NCBI GenBank assembly: GCA_038214755.1
Contig: JBBQRQ010000005.1
Location: forward strand, 35,868-99,867
Direction: 5' to 3'
Source of the DNA: Verrucomicrobiota bacterium
Lineage (GTDB): Bacteria > Verrucomicrobiota > Verrucomicrobiia > Limisphaerales > CANJXF01
Length of the DNA: 64,000 nt
The position numbers and the translations under genes were made by a program. The notes beneath the pieces were generated by a model. It searched no databases, was not told the origin of the DNA, and saw nothing but the letters and a program-made list of their open reading frames with translations. Positions 37,799-47,719 of this stretch are shown one piece after another (position 1 is the stretch's first letter; every line of letters begins with the position of its first letter).

Positions 37799-38056
37799 TT
37801 ACTTTTTTGCACGATGTTTTTTGATAATGCCGTCGAGCATCATTGCCTCTTTTTTGCCAAACCGCTTTCCCGTGTCGGCCAATTTCAGGACGCGCCGGAA
37901 CTCCGTTTCACTCGGCTCAGGAATCGGCGTGATGTACAATCCGCCCCCGATTTACGTCACCCGCAATTGCGTTTCCGGCTTCGATCCCGCCGCCTCCACC
38001 AAAGATTTTGGAATGGCGCATTGGTTTTTACTCGTGAAAGCAATTGTCACCGTCAT
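37799..38056 (-). pseudogene. AbrB/MazE antitoxin with internal stop, followed by PIN stub (37750-37812)
   Basis: MTVTIAFTSKNQCAIPKSL..., in-frame TAA at 37952-37954; overlapping stub reads KAVLDTN. Confidence 0.7.
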
Positions 38057-38143
38057 GGCGGTAAGATTTCCTTACTTGCAGACACGTTCATCTTTTTATT
38101 TTTAAACTTTGAACCTCAAACTTTGAACTTTAAACTTTTCCCG

Positions 38144-38548
38144 GTGCTCCAGTTTCAAATAATCTTTAATCCAACCAGCGCCGCCGAGTTGGCGAAGATG
38201 CCCCGTGAACTTCAATTGCACATCCTGGGAGAATTTCGCGGCCTGCCGCAAAAAATTATGAGCGCGGATTTAGATCGATTTGGGAAATTGGAACGAACCG
38301 GCAAAACGCTTCACCGCTTCCGCCTGGGAGAGTATCGAGTTTATTTTGAGCGGCACGATCTGGGAATCGTTGTCCACCGAATTCTGCATCGCAACACGTT
38401 GAAAGATTTTTTATTCCGTTCCAGCCTGCCGACGGGTGAGGACGAGGCATTGCAAGGAAATCCGAAATTTTGGGAAATGATCGAATCCGCCCGGTTGAAA
38501 TCGGCCAAGATCCCAAGAACGGTAGAGCCAGATGCCGTCAAGCTCTGA
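38144..38548 (+). CDS. RelE/ParE-fold-like protein
   Basis: FQIIFNPTSAAEL...HRFRLGEYRVYF...VHRILHR; no adjacent antitoxin. Confidence 0.7.
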   Translation: MLQFQIIFNPTSAAELAKMPRELQLHILGEFRGLPQKIMSADLDRFGKLERTGKTLHRFRLGEYRVYFERHDLGIVVHRILHRNTLKDFLFRSSLPTGEDEALQGNPKFWEMIESARLKSAKIPRTVEPDAVKL

Positions 38549-38555
38549 CCACAGC

Positions 38556-38665
38556 GGTAGCACGAGACTCCGTCGAGTTCTAACCACGGTAGAGCGAGAC
38601 TCCGTCGAGATCCAATTAAACCACAGTGGGAAAATATCAGCTTCTCGACGGAGTCTCGCTCTACC
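38556..38665. repeat. REP cluster (GGTAGAGCGAGACTCCGTCGAG family)
   Basis: Two direct copies and one inverted copy. Confidence 0.85.
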
Positions 38666-38732
38666 GATTGAGGTGAGGATGCCGCAACGATTTAACGATT
38701 TAACGATTTAACGATCTCGCGATTCCCGAAAC

Positions 38733-39353
38733 CTATTGCCCATCCCCGCCCAACTCCACGTTCCAATAAGCCAAGTCCAGAAAGTGTTTCCAACTTTCGT
38801 GATGGCTCAAACCGATATTGACCTGCACAAACGGTCTCCATTTTGGGCGCTTCGGTTTACGCACCAAATGCAGACCCGCTTCCTGCGGAGTTCGGTTTGC
38901 CTTCCGGGTATTACACGGGATGCAGGAGCACACAATATTTTCCCACGTCGTAGGCCCGCCGCGGTCGCGCGGAGTCACGTGATCGAGATTGAGGTCTTTG
39001 CGTTCGAAAACTTTTCCGCAGTACTGGCAGGTATTCTGGTCGCGCTCAAAAATGTTATGGCGCGTGAACTTGACTTCCTTTTTTGGCAGGCGATCGAACA
39101 CGACCAACAGGATCACGCGAGGCACTCGAATTCTAAACGAGATGGTGTGAATGCTTTCCGGGTGCGGTGCCTGTTCGGAAAAATCCTGCCATTGACTGAA
39201 ATTGAAAGTCTGAAAAGCGCCATCATCGTCGGAAAAAACCACGTTGGCGTGTCCTTCAAATAAAAGAGTCAACGCTCTGCGCGCGGTGCAAATGTTCACC
39301 GCCTGCCAGAGCCGATTCAGAACCAAAACGTGTTGATTAAGAAACGAGGTCAT
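38733..39353 (-). CDS. HNH endonuclease
   Basis: VLVLN, RDQNTCQYCG, LDHVTPRDRGG, CIPCNTRK. Confidence 0.92.
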   Translation of the reverse strand: MTSFLNQHVLVLNRLWQAVNICTARRALTLLFEGHANVVFSDDDGAFQTFNFSQWQDFSEQAPHPESIHTISFRIRVPRVILLVVFDRLPKKEVKFTRHNIFERDQNTCQYCGKVFERKDLNLDHVTPRDRGGPTTWENIVCSCIPCNTRKANRTPQEAGLHLVRKPKRPKWRPFVQVNIGLSHHESWKHFLDLAYWNVELGGDGQ

Positions 39354-39426
39354 AAATCACAAGTCGCGCGAAAATTATCATAACGCCCCAAAGTGTCAAC
39401 GCGCCGAGCGGGATACCGCTTCACCC

Positions 39427-40016
39427 GGTTGCATCTTGACACTGCCCCCATCATGAAGGTGTTCGGTTCCTCCTCCGAGAAATGAAAGTCAAGAGAACCA
39501 AAGCACGAGCACCATGAATAAAAAGAAAAAGTTCCGCTCCTTTGCGGAGATCAAGGAGGAAGTGTTGGGCGAGGGACAGAAATGGATGCGCCCGCGCCTG
39601 CAACAAAAACTGGAGATTAGGTGAAGCGCTCCAGGAACCCGGACAGGCGGCCAATTGGGTGGAACCACGGCGGCATCAATTGCGCCACGGAAAGGAAAAG
39701 AAAGTGCTGGCCGAGATAGCGCAATTGAAAGGGCGCAAAGGAGCCGCCGGGAAAATCATCGTCGAGGAACAAGGTTATTTTTCGCGGCCAGCCGGGCCAA
39801 TGAATTATGCCCAAGCAGCGCGACGCGGCTGGCCGATTGGTTCCGGGGCGGTGGAATCAGCCTGTCGCCAGAAGCAATGTCGTTTCAAAAGACCCGGGCA
39901 ATTTTGGACCGCACCGGGCTTCCGTTTTCTTTGCGCCTCGGACGAAGCCCGACGCAATCACCACTGGGATCAACTCTGGTTCGACCCCTAACCAGGGGCA
40001 GTGTCAAGATGCGCCC
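39427..40016 (+). mobile_element. Internally deleted ISKra4/ISLre2-like insertion sequence
   Basis: 22-bp TIRs (20/22), flanks gcttcaccc/acttcaccc, transposase remnant GWPIGSGAVESAC...GQFW. Confidence 0.85.
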
Positions 40017-40036
40017 ACTTCACCCAGGGCCATTGT

Positions 40037-40147
40037 CCGGGTAGCATCTGCCTCTGGCGGGTTCGGGGAAACTTGTTGCGGGTTTCTTTTTTTTCAGAGG
40101 CTGAAGAGGAAGTCGTCCCGCACCCGCCAGAGGCAGATGCTACCCGG
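40037..40147. repeat. Inverted REP pair (GTAGCATCTGCC family)
   Basis: Near-perfect ~30-bp arms. Confidence 0.85.
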
Positions 40148-40215
40148 GTGGTTCACCCGCGCCGGGCTGACTTTGAACCTTGAACTTTGAACGTTGAACC
40201 CGCACTTTTTCGCTT

Positions 40216-41574
40216 ATGCGATGGATGTTATTTGTTTTGATTTTCTCGATCACGCTTCTGCAAGCGCAAGACCAGGAATATATCCAGATTTATAATTCAA
40301 TCATCAACGCCGATGCGCTGAAGGACAGCGGTGAAAGCCGCATCGCGGCGGACCGTTATCGCGAAGCACAAAATGCCTTGAAAAAATTGCAGAGTGTTTA
40401 TCCGAAATGGAACGAGCAGTTGGTGAAATTTCGTTTGGAATATATCGCGGAAAAACTTCAATCGCTCGGAACTGTCTCGCCCGCCACAAATCGCTTGCCT
40501 GTTTCCACGCCCGTGCCCGGCGCGAAAATAATTCCTCAGTCCGGCGCGAAAATAATTTCTCAACCTGATACCGCGTCCGAGCAAGTTCGCCAACTGCGAT
40601 CAGAGAAAGCGTTGTTGGAAGCGAAATTGAAGGAGGCGCTTTCCGTTCAGCCGAATCCGCGCAGTGCGAGTGATGTTTCAAAATTAGAGGAAAAAATAGT
40701 TTCACTGCAAAAGGAGCGGGATTTGTTGAGCCTCGCGTTGGAGCAAGAGAAAACGATCGCGGGGCAGACTGCGGAAGCGAAGGATCGTCTTTCTAAAAAA
40801 CTGCAGGAACTCCAACGGACAAAAGGCGCAGAGCAAAAACGACCAGCGACCGCCGACCAGACGCAAGAGGTCGCACAACTCCGCGCTCGGCTGGCAGCGC
40901 TGGAGGCGCGACCGGAGCCGTTCACGCCGGAGGAGTTGGCTTTATTGAAGCAACCGGAACCGCAACTGGCTTCGACCGAGTCCAAGCCCGCAAAAAAATC
41001 CAAGGAACTCCCGGCGGGCGCAGGAGCGCTGGTGGCGCAGGCCGAACGAGCATTCGCCGCCCGCCGGTTTGACGAGGCGGAGAAAAAATATTTGGAAGTG
41101 CTTCGGCAGGACGAAAAAAATGTTTATCTCCTCGGCAATCTGGCCGCCACCCAACTGGAAATGGATCACGTGGCCGATGTCGAAAAAAATCTCGGGCGCG
41201 CGTTAGCCATTGATCCGCAGGACGCATTTTGTTTGACCCTGTCCGGCATGGTGAAATTTCGCGAGGGAAAATTTGATGAAGCGCTGGATGTGTTGAGCCG
41301 CGCCGCGACGATTGATCCGCAAAATCCTGAAACACAAAATTATCTTGGAATCACTTTAAGCCAAAAAGGGCAACGCGCCGCAGCGGAAGCGGCCTTGCGT
41401 AAAGCGATCAAAATTCAGCCGGCCTATCCTGGCGCCCATCATAATCTGGCCGTGATTTATGCCACGCAGAAACCACCTTTTCTTGAACTGGCTCGCTGGC
41501 ACTATGAAAAAGCGCTGGCTCTGGGGCATCCAAAAAACTCTGAGTTGGAGAAACTCATGGCAGAAGGAAAATAA
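40216..41574 (+). CDS. Secreted coiled-coil + TPR protein
   Basis: Signal peptide, heptad region, C-terminal TPRs (AHHNLAVIY). Confidence 0.85.
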   Translation: MRWMLFVLIFSITLLQAQDQEYIQIYNSIINADALKDSGESRIAADRYREAQNALKKLQSVYPKWNEQLVKFRLEYIAEKLQSLGTVSPATNRLPVSTPVPGAKIIPQSGAKIISQPDTASEQVRQLRSEKALLEAKLKEALSVQPNPRSASDVSKLEEKIVSLQKERDLLSLALEQEKTIAGQTAEAKDRLSKKLQELQRTKGAEQKRPATADQTQEVAQLRARLAALEARPEPFTPEELALLKQPEPQLASTESKPAKKSKELPAGAGALVAQAERAFAARRFDEAEKKYLEVLRQDEKNVYLLGNLAATQLEMDHVADVEKNLGRALAIDPQDAFCLTLSGMVKFREGKFDEALDVLSRAATIDPQNPETQNYLGITLSQKGQRAAAEAALRKAIKIQPAYPGAHHNLAVIYATQKPPFLELARWHYEKALALGHPKNSELEKLMAEGK

Positions 41575-41585
41575 ATTTCCAGCGG

Positions 41586-42046
41586 GGTAGCATCTGCCTC
41601 CGGCGGGTGCGAATTTCCCAATTCGATGGTGGTCGATGTGCGATGTTTAAAAATCAAAACCAACACCGAACACTAAACATCGAACATCGAAACAAAAAAA
41701 GTTTCGCACGCGCCAGCGGTCTTGTCCTTACCCGTAATTTAATTCGTCGGGCGTCCCCAATCCCAACGGGATTGAAAATCAATCAGCCCGGCGTTATGAG
41801 GCACGAGCTACGCTGGGTGATCGTGCCAGCCATTCATCAACCTTGGAAAGGTTGAATCCAATTTCTGAGCGGTTGGGATTTATTTGCGATTTGATTCAAC
41901 TCGTTCCGAGATGATGAACATTCTTTGCCCTCCCCCCAGCGTAGCTCGTTTATCGCAGCGCTGGGCTGAGTGAGACAATCCCTTCAGGATTGAGGAAAGG
42001 CGCGCTAAGATGTGGGTAATGACAACGTCGGCGGCAGATGCTACCC
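41586..42046. repeat. REP pair whose right arm is split by a ~300-bp palindromic element
   Basis: ttcgcacgcgcc (41703) ... cggcggcagatgctaccc (42029); insert ends ttgtccttaccc / gggtaatgacaa. Confidence 0.8.
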
Positions 42047-42053
42047 GTTGCTT

Positions 42054-42476
42054 ATGTTTCGACAAACCATTTACGAAATCGTCATCAAAACTCGCGGGCG
42101 AGTTTTCTACGAATTCACGGACCAAGTCACCGCGTTTGTCGCGCAAGCAAATTTCCAAACCGGTCTCGTCACCCTTCACCTTCAGCATACCTCGGCCTCG
42201 CTTTTGATTCAGGAGAATGCCGACCCTCAAGTCCGCCGCGACTTTGAAAAATTTTTTGCGCGCCTGGTTCCGGATGGCGATCCGATGTTTCGCCACACCA
42301 GCGAAGGGGAAGATGACATGCCTGCGCACATTCGCGCTGCGTTGACCGCAGTCAGTCTGAGCATTCCAGTTTCACAAGGGAAATTGGCGCTGGGCACATG
42401 GCAGGGGATTTATCTCTGGGAACATCGCCTGCAACCCCACACCCGCCGCATCGTTGCGCACCTGATTGGGGAATGA
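42054..42476 (+). CDS. yjbQ: YjbQ/UPF0047 family protein
   Basis: HTSASLLIQENADP, EGEDDMPAH, LGTWQGIYLWEHR. Confidence 0.92.
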   Translation: MFRQTIYEIVIKTRGRVFYEFTDQVTAFVAQANFQTGLVTLHLQHTSASLLIQENADPQVRRDFEKFFARLVPDGDPMFRHTSEGEDDMPAHIRAALTAVSLSIPVSQGKLALGTWQGIYLWEHRLQPHTRRIVAHLIGE

Positions 42477-42738
42477 ACTGGCTTTTGGAGCGGCGCGTCT
42501 GTGACCGCCGCCATAAGCGCAAATCCAAATCCCGAAATCCAAATATCTAAAACAACTTCCGGACACGAAGCGGGATGGGAAAAGCGGCGACATGCCGCCG
42601 CAGTCCAAGGAAACCAAATCCCGCCTCACCCGCTTTTAATCACACCCACTTCGCGCCGCACAACTTTCGCCCTTGATATATTTCTGGACGCGAAAGAAGA
42701 TTTGCCGCCACTAAATGCCATCAACGGAAAGATTCACC

Positions 42739-43581
42739 ATGAAAATAATGAACCGTTTCAAAAATTTCAGCTTCGCTTTATTCGTGCTCTTCATCGCGAG
42801 TTGCGGGCCGAAAAAAACTGAAAATGCTGAGACCATCGTCATTCGCGGCTCGAATACGATTGGCGAAGAGTTGGCGCCGCGCCTCATTGCCGAATTTAAA
42901 AAAGATCATCCCAACGTGAAGTTCGATACCGAGTTCAAAGGCACTTCCTACGGCCTCGGTGCGCTGATGGTTGGGCAATGCGACATCGCGGCGGCCTCGC
43001 GCAATTTGACCGCGAACGAAATGCAATTGGCTAAAGACCGGGACATTGCCTTCAACGATTACGTCATCGGTTCCTACAGCGTGGACGTGATCGTGAACGC
43101 CAAAAATCCCGTGGCCAATCTTTCCTCCGATCAGGCGCGCGATATTTTCACCGGCGCGATCAAGAACTGGAGCGAGGTCGGCGGACCGGATGCGCCGATT
43201 CACCTCTACATTCGCGATCCGATTTCCGGCACGTATCTCGGCTTTCAGGAATTGGCCATGGAGAAAAAACCTTACGCGGGCGGATTGAAAACGTTCACCA
43301 ATTACACTGGCATCGTGCAAGGGGTGGCGAAAGATGCCAATGGCATCGGCTACTCCAGCATCGCCATTCCGAAAGGCAGCGGAGTCAAACCTGTTTCTGT
43401 CAATGGCGTGGCGCCCACTGTGGACTCGGTGAACAAAATGCAATATCCCTACGCGCGCGTGCTGCGACTGCACACGAACAAGGCGAAGGAGTCCGACGCG
43501 GCACGCCAGTTCGCCGAGTTCGTCCAATCGAAGCGCGGGCAGGAAGTGGTGGCGGAAATGGGTTTCGCGCCGCGTCCTTAA
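42739..43581 (+). CDS. pstS: Phosphate ABC transporter substrate-binding lipoprotein
   Basis: Lipobox IASC, GSNT, DIAAASR, RDPISGT, NGIGY. Confidence 0.88.
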   Translation: MKIMNRFKNFSFALFVLFIASCGPKKTENAETIVIRGSNTIGEELAPRLIAEFKKDHPNVKFDTEFKGTSYGLGALMVGQCDIAAASRNLTANEMQLAKDRDIAFNDYVIGSYSVDVIVNAKNPVANLSSDQARDIFTGAIKNWSEVGGPDAPIHLYIRDPISGTYLGFQELAMEKKPYAGGLKTFTNYTGIVQGVAKDANGIGYSSIAIPKGSGVKPVSVNGVAPTVDSVNKMQYPYARVLRLHTNKAKESDAARQFAEFVQSKRGQEVVAEMGFAPRP

Positions 43582-43733
43582 CTGCAAGACGGGGCGCGAC
43601 TGTATGCAGACCCTCACTCGCGGCGCGCGCGCAGCGCCGGAGGAGTTTTAAGAATGCTGCGGCCGATTTTTCAGACACAACCGCATTCTGGTTTGAACTC
43701 GCAACCGTTCTGATTTCTTCGAAAATTATTTCT

Positions 43734-45212
43734 ATGAACCTCAAGCGAAGGGACTTTCTGAAAAGTGCGGGATTGTTCGCTCTTGGCGGTTGCGCTCGTT
43801 TTTCTAAACCTCCAGAAAGAAAACTCGTCAACGACGTTCATTCTCGACTCAACCCGACTTGGATAAAGCGAGTCGTCGAAACCACTTCGCTAAAATCATT
43901 GCAGCAAATCGTGCAAGACGCTCGGCGTTACCGTCAGTCAGTTTGTATCGCGGGTGGGCGTCATGCGATGGGCGCGCAACAATTCGCGAGTGATGCGGTG
44001 CTGATCGATACGACGAAACTTAATCGCATTTTGAACTTCGACGGCGAGACGGGCATCGTGGAAGTCGAAGCGGGGATTCAATGGCCACAATTGATTGCAG
44101 ATTTGGTGGCGCGACAAGTTGGTGAATCACCCGCTTGGGGAATCGCACAAAAACAAACAGGCGCTGATCGATTGAGTCTAGGCGGCGCATTAGCGGCGAA
44201 CATTCACGGACGCGGTTTGCGCATGAAACCGTTCGTCTCTGATGTCGAATCGCTCATGGTGATTGATGCCGACGGAATTCCCCAAACCTGTGACCGCCAG
44301 CAAAACTCCGAATTATTCCGGCTCATCGTCGGTGGCTACGGTTTGTTCGGATTGGTTTATTCTTTGAAGGTGCGACTGCGTCCGCGCCAAAAAGTTCAGC
44401 GCCTCGTCGAAATTAAAACGGTTGAGGAATTGATGCTCGCCTTTGAAAAAAGAATCGCCGATGGATTTCTCTACGGCGATTTTCAATTTTCGATTGATGA
44501 AAAGACGGAGGACTTTCTCCATCGCGGTGTGTTTTCATGTTATCGCCCGGTTGCGCCAGACACTCCGATAGCGGTGGAGAACAAGCGGCTCAGTTCCGAC
44601 AATTGGATGACTTTGCTCATGCTCGCTCACACCGACCGTCGCCGGGTGTTTGAAGAATATTCCCGTTATTATCTTTCCACATCGGGTCAGGTTTATTGGT
44701 CAGATACGCACCAACTGAGCGATTATCGGGACGGCTATCACCAAATTGTGGATCAACAATTGAAAGCGGCCAAACCCGCGACGGAAATCATCACCGAAAT
44801 TTACGTTCCTCGAAATCAACTCACAGAATTTATGAAAGAAGCGCGGGAAGATTTCCGAAAAAACAACGTGCAAATTATTTATGGAACGATTCGTTTGATT
44901 GAACGGGATGACGAAAGTTTTCTCGCGTGGGCGAAGCAACCGTATGCCTGCATCATTTTCAATATTCACACGGAGCATACGCCTGATGGCCTGCGTCATT
45001 CCGCCGAAGCCTTTCGTCGTTTGATTGACATGGCCGTCCGCCGGGACGGGAGTTATTATCTTACCTACCACAAGTACGCCACGCGCGAACAAGCGCTGGC
45101 ATGCTACCCGCAATTTCCCGAATTCTTGCGCTTAAAAACCAAATACGATCCTCAAGAACGGTTTCAAAGCGATTGGTATCGTCATTATCGAAGGATGTTT
45201 TTCGGGCGATGA
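43734..45212 (+). CDS. FAD-linked oxidoreductase (PCMH/VAO-type) with Tat-like signal
   Basis: KRRDFLK, AGGRHAMG, SLGGALAANIHGRG, GGYGLFG, KYDPQERFQS. Confidence 0.88.
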   Translation: MNLKRRDFLKSAGLFALGGCARFSKPPERKLVNDVHSRLNPTWIKRVVETTSLKSLQQIVQDARRYRQSVCIAGGRHAMGAQQFASDAVLIDTTKLNRILNFDGETGIVEVEAGIQWPQLIADLVARQVGESPAWGIAQKQTGADRLSLGGALAANIHGRGLRMKPFVSDVESLMVIDADGIPQTCDRQQNSELFRLIVGGYGLFGLVYSLKVRLRPRQKVQRLVEIKTVEELMLAFEKRIADGFLYGDFQFSIDEKTEDFLHRGVFSCYRPVAPDTPIAVENKRLSSDNWMTLLMLAHTDRRRVFEEYSRYYLSTSGQVYWSDTHQLSDYRDGYHQIVDQQLKAAKPATEIITEIYVPRNQLTEFMKEAREDFRKNNVQIIYGTIRLIERDDESFLAWAKQPYACIIFNIHTEHTPDGLRHSAEAFRRLIDMAVRRDGSYYLTYHKYATREQALACYPQFPEFLRLKTKYDPQERFQSDWYRHYRRMFFGR

Positions 45213-45216
45213 GCGC

Positions 45217-45797
45217 GTGAAACAGAATCAAGCCAGCGCGACGGCTCGGTTAATTGCCAAAAGCATGGTTTTTCTTTCCCACGACGAGACACGCAACGCG
45301 TGAAACAAAATGCGCTTACTCGCCACGGCCTAAATTTTGAGAACCTTGCTTGTTTCCCTGCGGATTTCGCGGGACAGAATTTGAGAGAAATTCTGGAAAG
45401 AAATTCAGGATACGACTCGGCCGCCGACACACTATTCATTGCGGAAGGAATTTTAATGTATCTGACGCCAGCGAAAGTCGCCGAATTATTTGATAGTGTG
45501 CGGCAAGCTTGTCGCGCTCAGTGTCATTTCGCTTTCACCGTCATGGAGCCAGCCAAAGATGGAAGTCTGTTTTTCCATAATGCGAATCCGATGGTGAACC
45601 TGTGGCTCCGCTTAAAAAACGAGCCTTTCTATTGGGGAATGGCACCGGAGAATCTACCCGCCTTTTTGAACGCAAACGGGTTCAAGTTACTCGAAATCGC
45701 CACGGAGAAAACTTTTCGAGAACTCTATTTGCCGAAGAACTTGCAAAATTCTCCATCGGCCAAAGGCGAATACGTTTGTGTCGCTCAACGCGCATGA
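45217..45797 (+). pseudogene. LCM-type SAM methyltransferase with apparent internal deletion
   Basis: N-term KQNQASATARLIA joined out of frame near 45290 to TQRVKQ...FIAEGILMYL; SAM motif I region absent. Confidence 0.65.
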
Positions 45798-46462
45798 AAA
45801 TCTCCGAACCGATGACGATGTTCACGGACTACGCGCTGGCGTTACTGACATTGATCTGGGGAATCTGCCTCTGCCGCCTCGGGCGGCGGGAGCGACAAAT
45901 TTCCAAATTGTTGTGGGGTCTGGGCTTTCTGGCGACGGCAAGTGCTTCATTGTTCGGCGGAACTTTTCACGGGTTAAGAGAATATTTGGGAGAGACGCTT
46001 GCCGCGATTTTATGGAAGACGAGTGTTTATTCCATTGGTCTCGCAAGCTGCTTCATGTTGTCCGCCGTCGTCCTGAATTGTGTGAAACGTTCGCTGCGTC
46101 CGTCGGCGCTCAACCTTGTCGCACTGAAATTTCTCATCTTTGCGTGTTGGATGATCAGCCATTCGGAGTTCCGTTTTGTCGTTTACGATTATGCGTCGGC
46201 AATGATTGTAATTCTGTTGTTGCAGATTTTCCTCATCGTGACGTGTCGCGCTAAAAGTGCGTTATGGATCGCGGGGGGCGTTTTGCTCGGTTTGGCGGCT
46301 GGAACGATTCAAACGCAAAAGATTTCTTTGCACCAACATTTCAATCACAACGATTTGTTTCATGTGATGCAAATGGCCGCCTTTTATCTTTTTTATCGCG
46401 GTGGAAAATTGTTTGAACCTTTTCACAGTGAAAATACGGCTCAGGATTCATCCTCAACCTAA
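45794..46462 (+). CDS. Multi-pass membrane protein (DUF6962-like)
   Basis: EPMTMFTD N-terminus, GGTFHG, HFNHNDLFH; about 7 TM helices. Confidence 0.65.
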   Translation: MKISEPMTMFTDYALALLTLIWGICLCRLGRRERQISKLLWGLGFLATASASLFGGTFHGLREYLGETLAAILWKTSVYSIGLASCFMLSAVVLNCVKRSLRPSALNLVALKFLIFACWMISHSEFRFVVYDYASAMIVILLLQIFLIVTCRAKSALWIAGGVLLGLAAGTIQTQKISLHQHFNHNDLFHVMQMAAFYLFYRGGKLFEPFHSENTAQDSSST

Positions 46463-46499
46463 GCTTGTCGCTCCCTAAAAAAATCAATATCCCTGTGGC

Positions 46500-47606
46500 A
46501 TGGATTCCCGTGAAGCTCTCGTCGCGCTCAACATGATCGAACATGTCGGGCCGGTGCGGGTGCGGCAATTGCTCGAACATTTCGGAGAAGCTCCCAAAAT
46601 TCTTGGCGCGAATAAATCCCAACTCCTCCGAGTGCGCGGCATCGGCGAGGAAGTTGCCGAATCGATTTCCAAATGGGAGAAGGACATCGATCTCCCCGGA
46701 GAATTAAAACGAGTTGAAGATTACGGTTGCCACATTCGCATCCCTGCCGACGAAAATTATCCCGAATTGCTCAAGCAAATTTACGATCCGCCCATCGTGC
46801 TTTACGTCAAAGGCGAGTTGACTGCGAAAGATAAAAACGCCGTCGCGATGGTCGGCTCGCGCATGACCACGTCCTACGGAATGGATGTCGCGCGCAAGCT
46901 CGCGTATCAACTCGCCTACATCGGCGTCACGGTCGTGAGCGGCGGCGCGCGCGGCATCGACACGGCGGTGCATCAAGGCGCGTTGAGCGGGAAAGGCCGG
47001 ACCGTCGCGGTGCTCGGAACGGGAATCAATATTATTTTCCCGACGGAGAACGCGGAATTGTTTCAACGCATTTCGGAAAACGGCGCGGTCATCACGCAAT
47101 TTCCATTCAATCGCAAAGCGGACAAACAAAGTTTTCCCATTCGCAATCGCATCGTGGCCGGGATGGCGATGGGCACGGTCGTCGTCGAAGCGAATCTGAC
47201 GAGTGGCGCATTGATCACGGCGAACATGGCGGTGGAATATGGCCGCCAGGTTTTCGCGGTGCCCGGAAGAATCGATTCGCCGCGCAGCAAAGGTTGCCAC
47301 GAGTTGATCAAGAAAGGCGCGAAACTGTGCGAAGGCGCGGAAGATATTTTGAGCGAGTTCGAATATTTGTTTCCCACGAGCAATCGTCCAGCGGGAGCGA
47401 GCGAGACGGGAGTTTTGCCGGCGCTGACCCTTTCCGAAAACGAGCAGAAAATCTACGACGCCCTGAGCGAACAGGAATCGAGCATCGACGAAGTGATTCG
47501 CCGTTGCGGTTTACCCAGCTCGACCGTATCCGTCGCGCTGCTCGGCTTGGAAATGAAGCGGCTCGTTCGACAGTTGCCCGGAAAAATGTTTGTGCGGAAT
47601 GAGTAA
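46500..47606 (+). CDS. dprA: DNA-processing protein DprA
   Basis: VGSR, SGGARGID, FPIRNRIV, SGALITA. Confidence 0.95.
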   Translation: MDSREALVALNMIEHVGPVRVRQLLEHFGEAPKILGANKSQLLRVRGIGEEVAESISKWEKDIDLPGELKRVEDYGCHIRIPADENYPELLKQIYDPPIVLYVKGELTAKDKNAVAMVGSRMTTSYGMDVARKLAYQLAYIGVTVVSGGARGIDTAVHQGALSGKGRTVAVLGTGINIIFPTENAELFQRISENGAVITQFPFNRKADKQSFPIRNRIVAGMAMGTVVVEANLTSGALITANMAVEYGRQVFAVPGRIDSPRSKGCHELIKKGAKLCEGAEDILSEFEYLFPTSNRPAGASETGVLPALTLSENEQKIYDALSEQESSIDEVIRRCGLPSSTVSVALLGLEMKRLVRQLPGKMFVRNE

Positions 47607-47719
47607 GGGGTAACGCGTGAAGAAATAAATTCTCGACTTCAATTTTCTTCGCGTTCCAAGGGATCCTCAACCATTCCTTGCGAAGAAAAGAAAATCGCCT
47701 TGGATTGAAACGAAACACA

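Noticed and set aside
37727..38143. N-terminal extension of the RelE-like ORF (273 aa in the track)
   Set aside because: Antisense to the AbrB pseudogene and runs through a heptamer array; GTG 38144 is the more plausible start
29985..40016. Prophage or ICE explanation for the TA/HNH region
   Set aside because: No integrase, phage structural, replication or conjugation genes
40518..40565. 24-bp tandem duplication in the TPR gene (GAKIIPQS/GAKIISQP)
   Set aside because: Ordinary slippage in a linker, not a REP insertion
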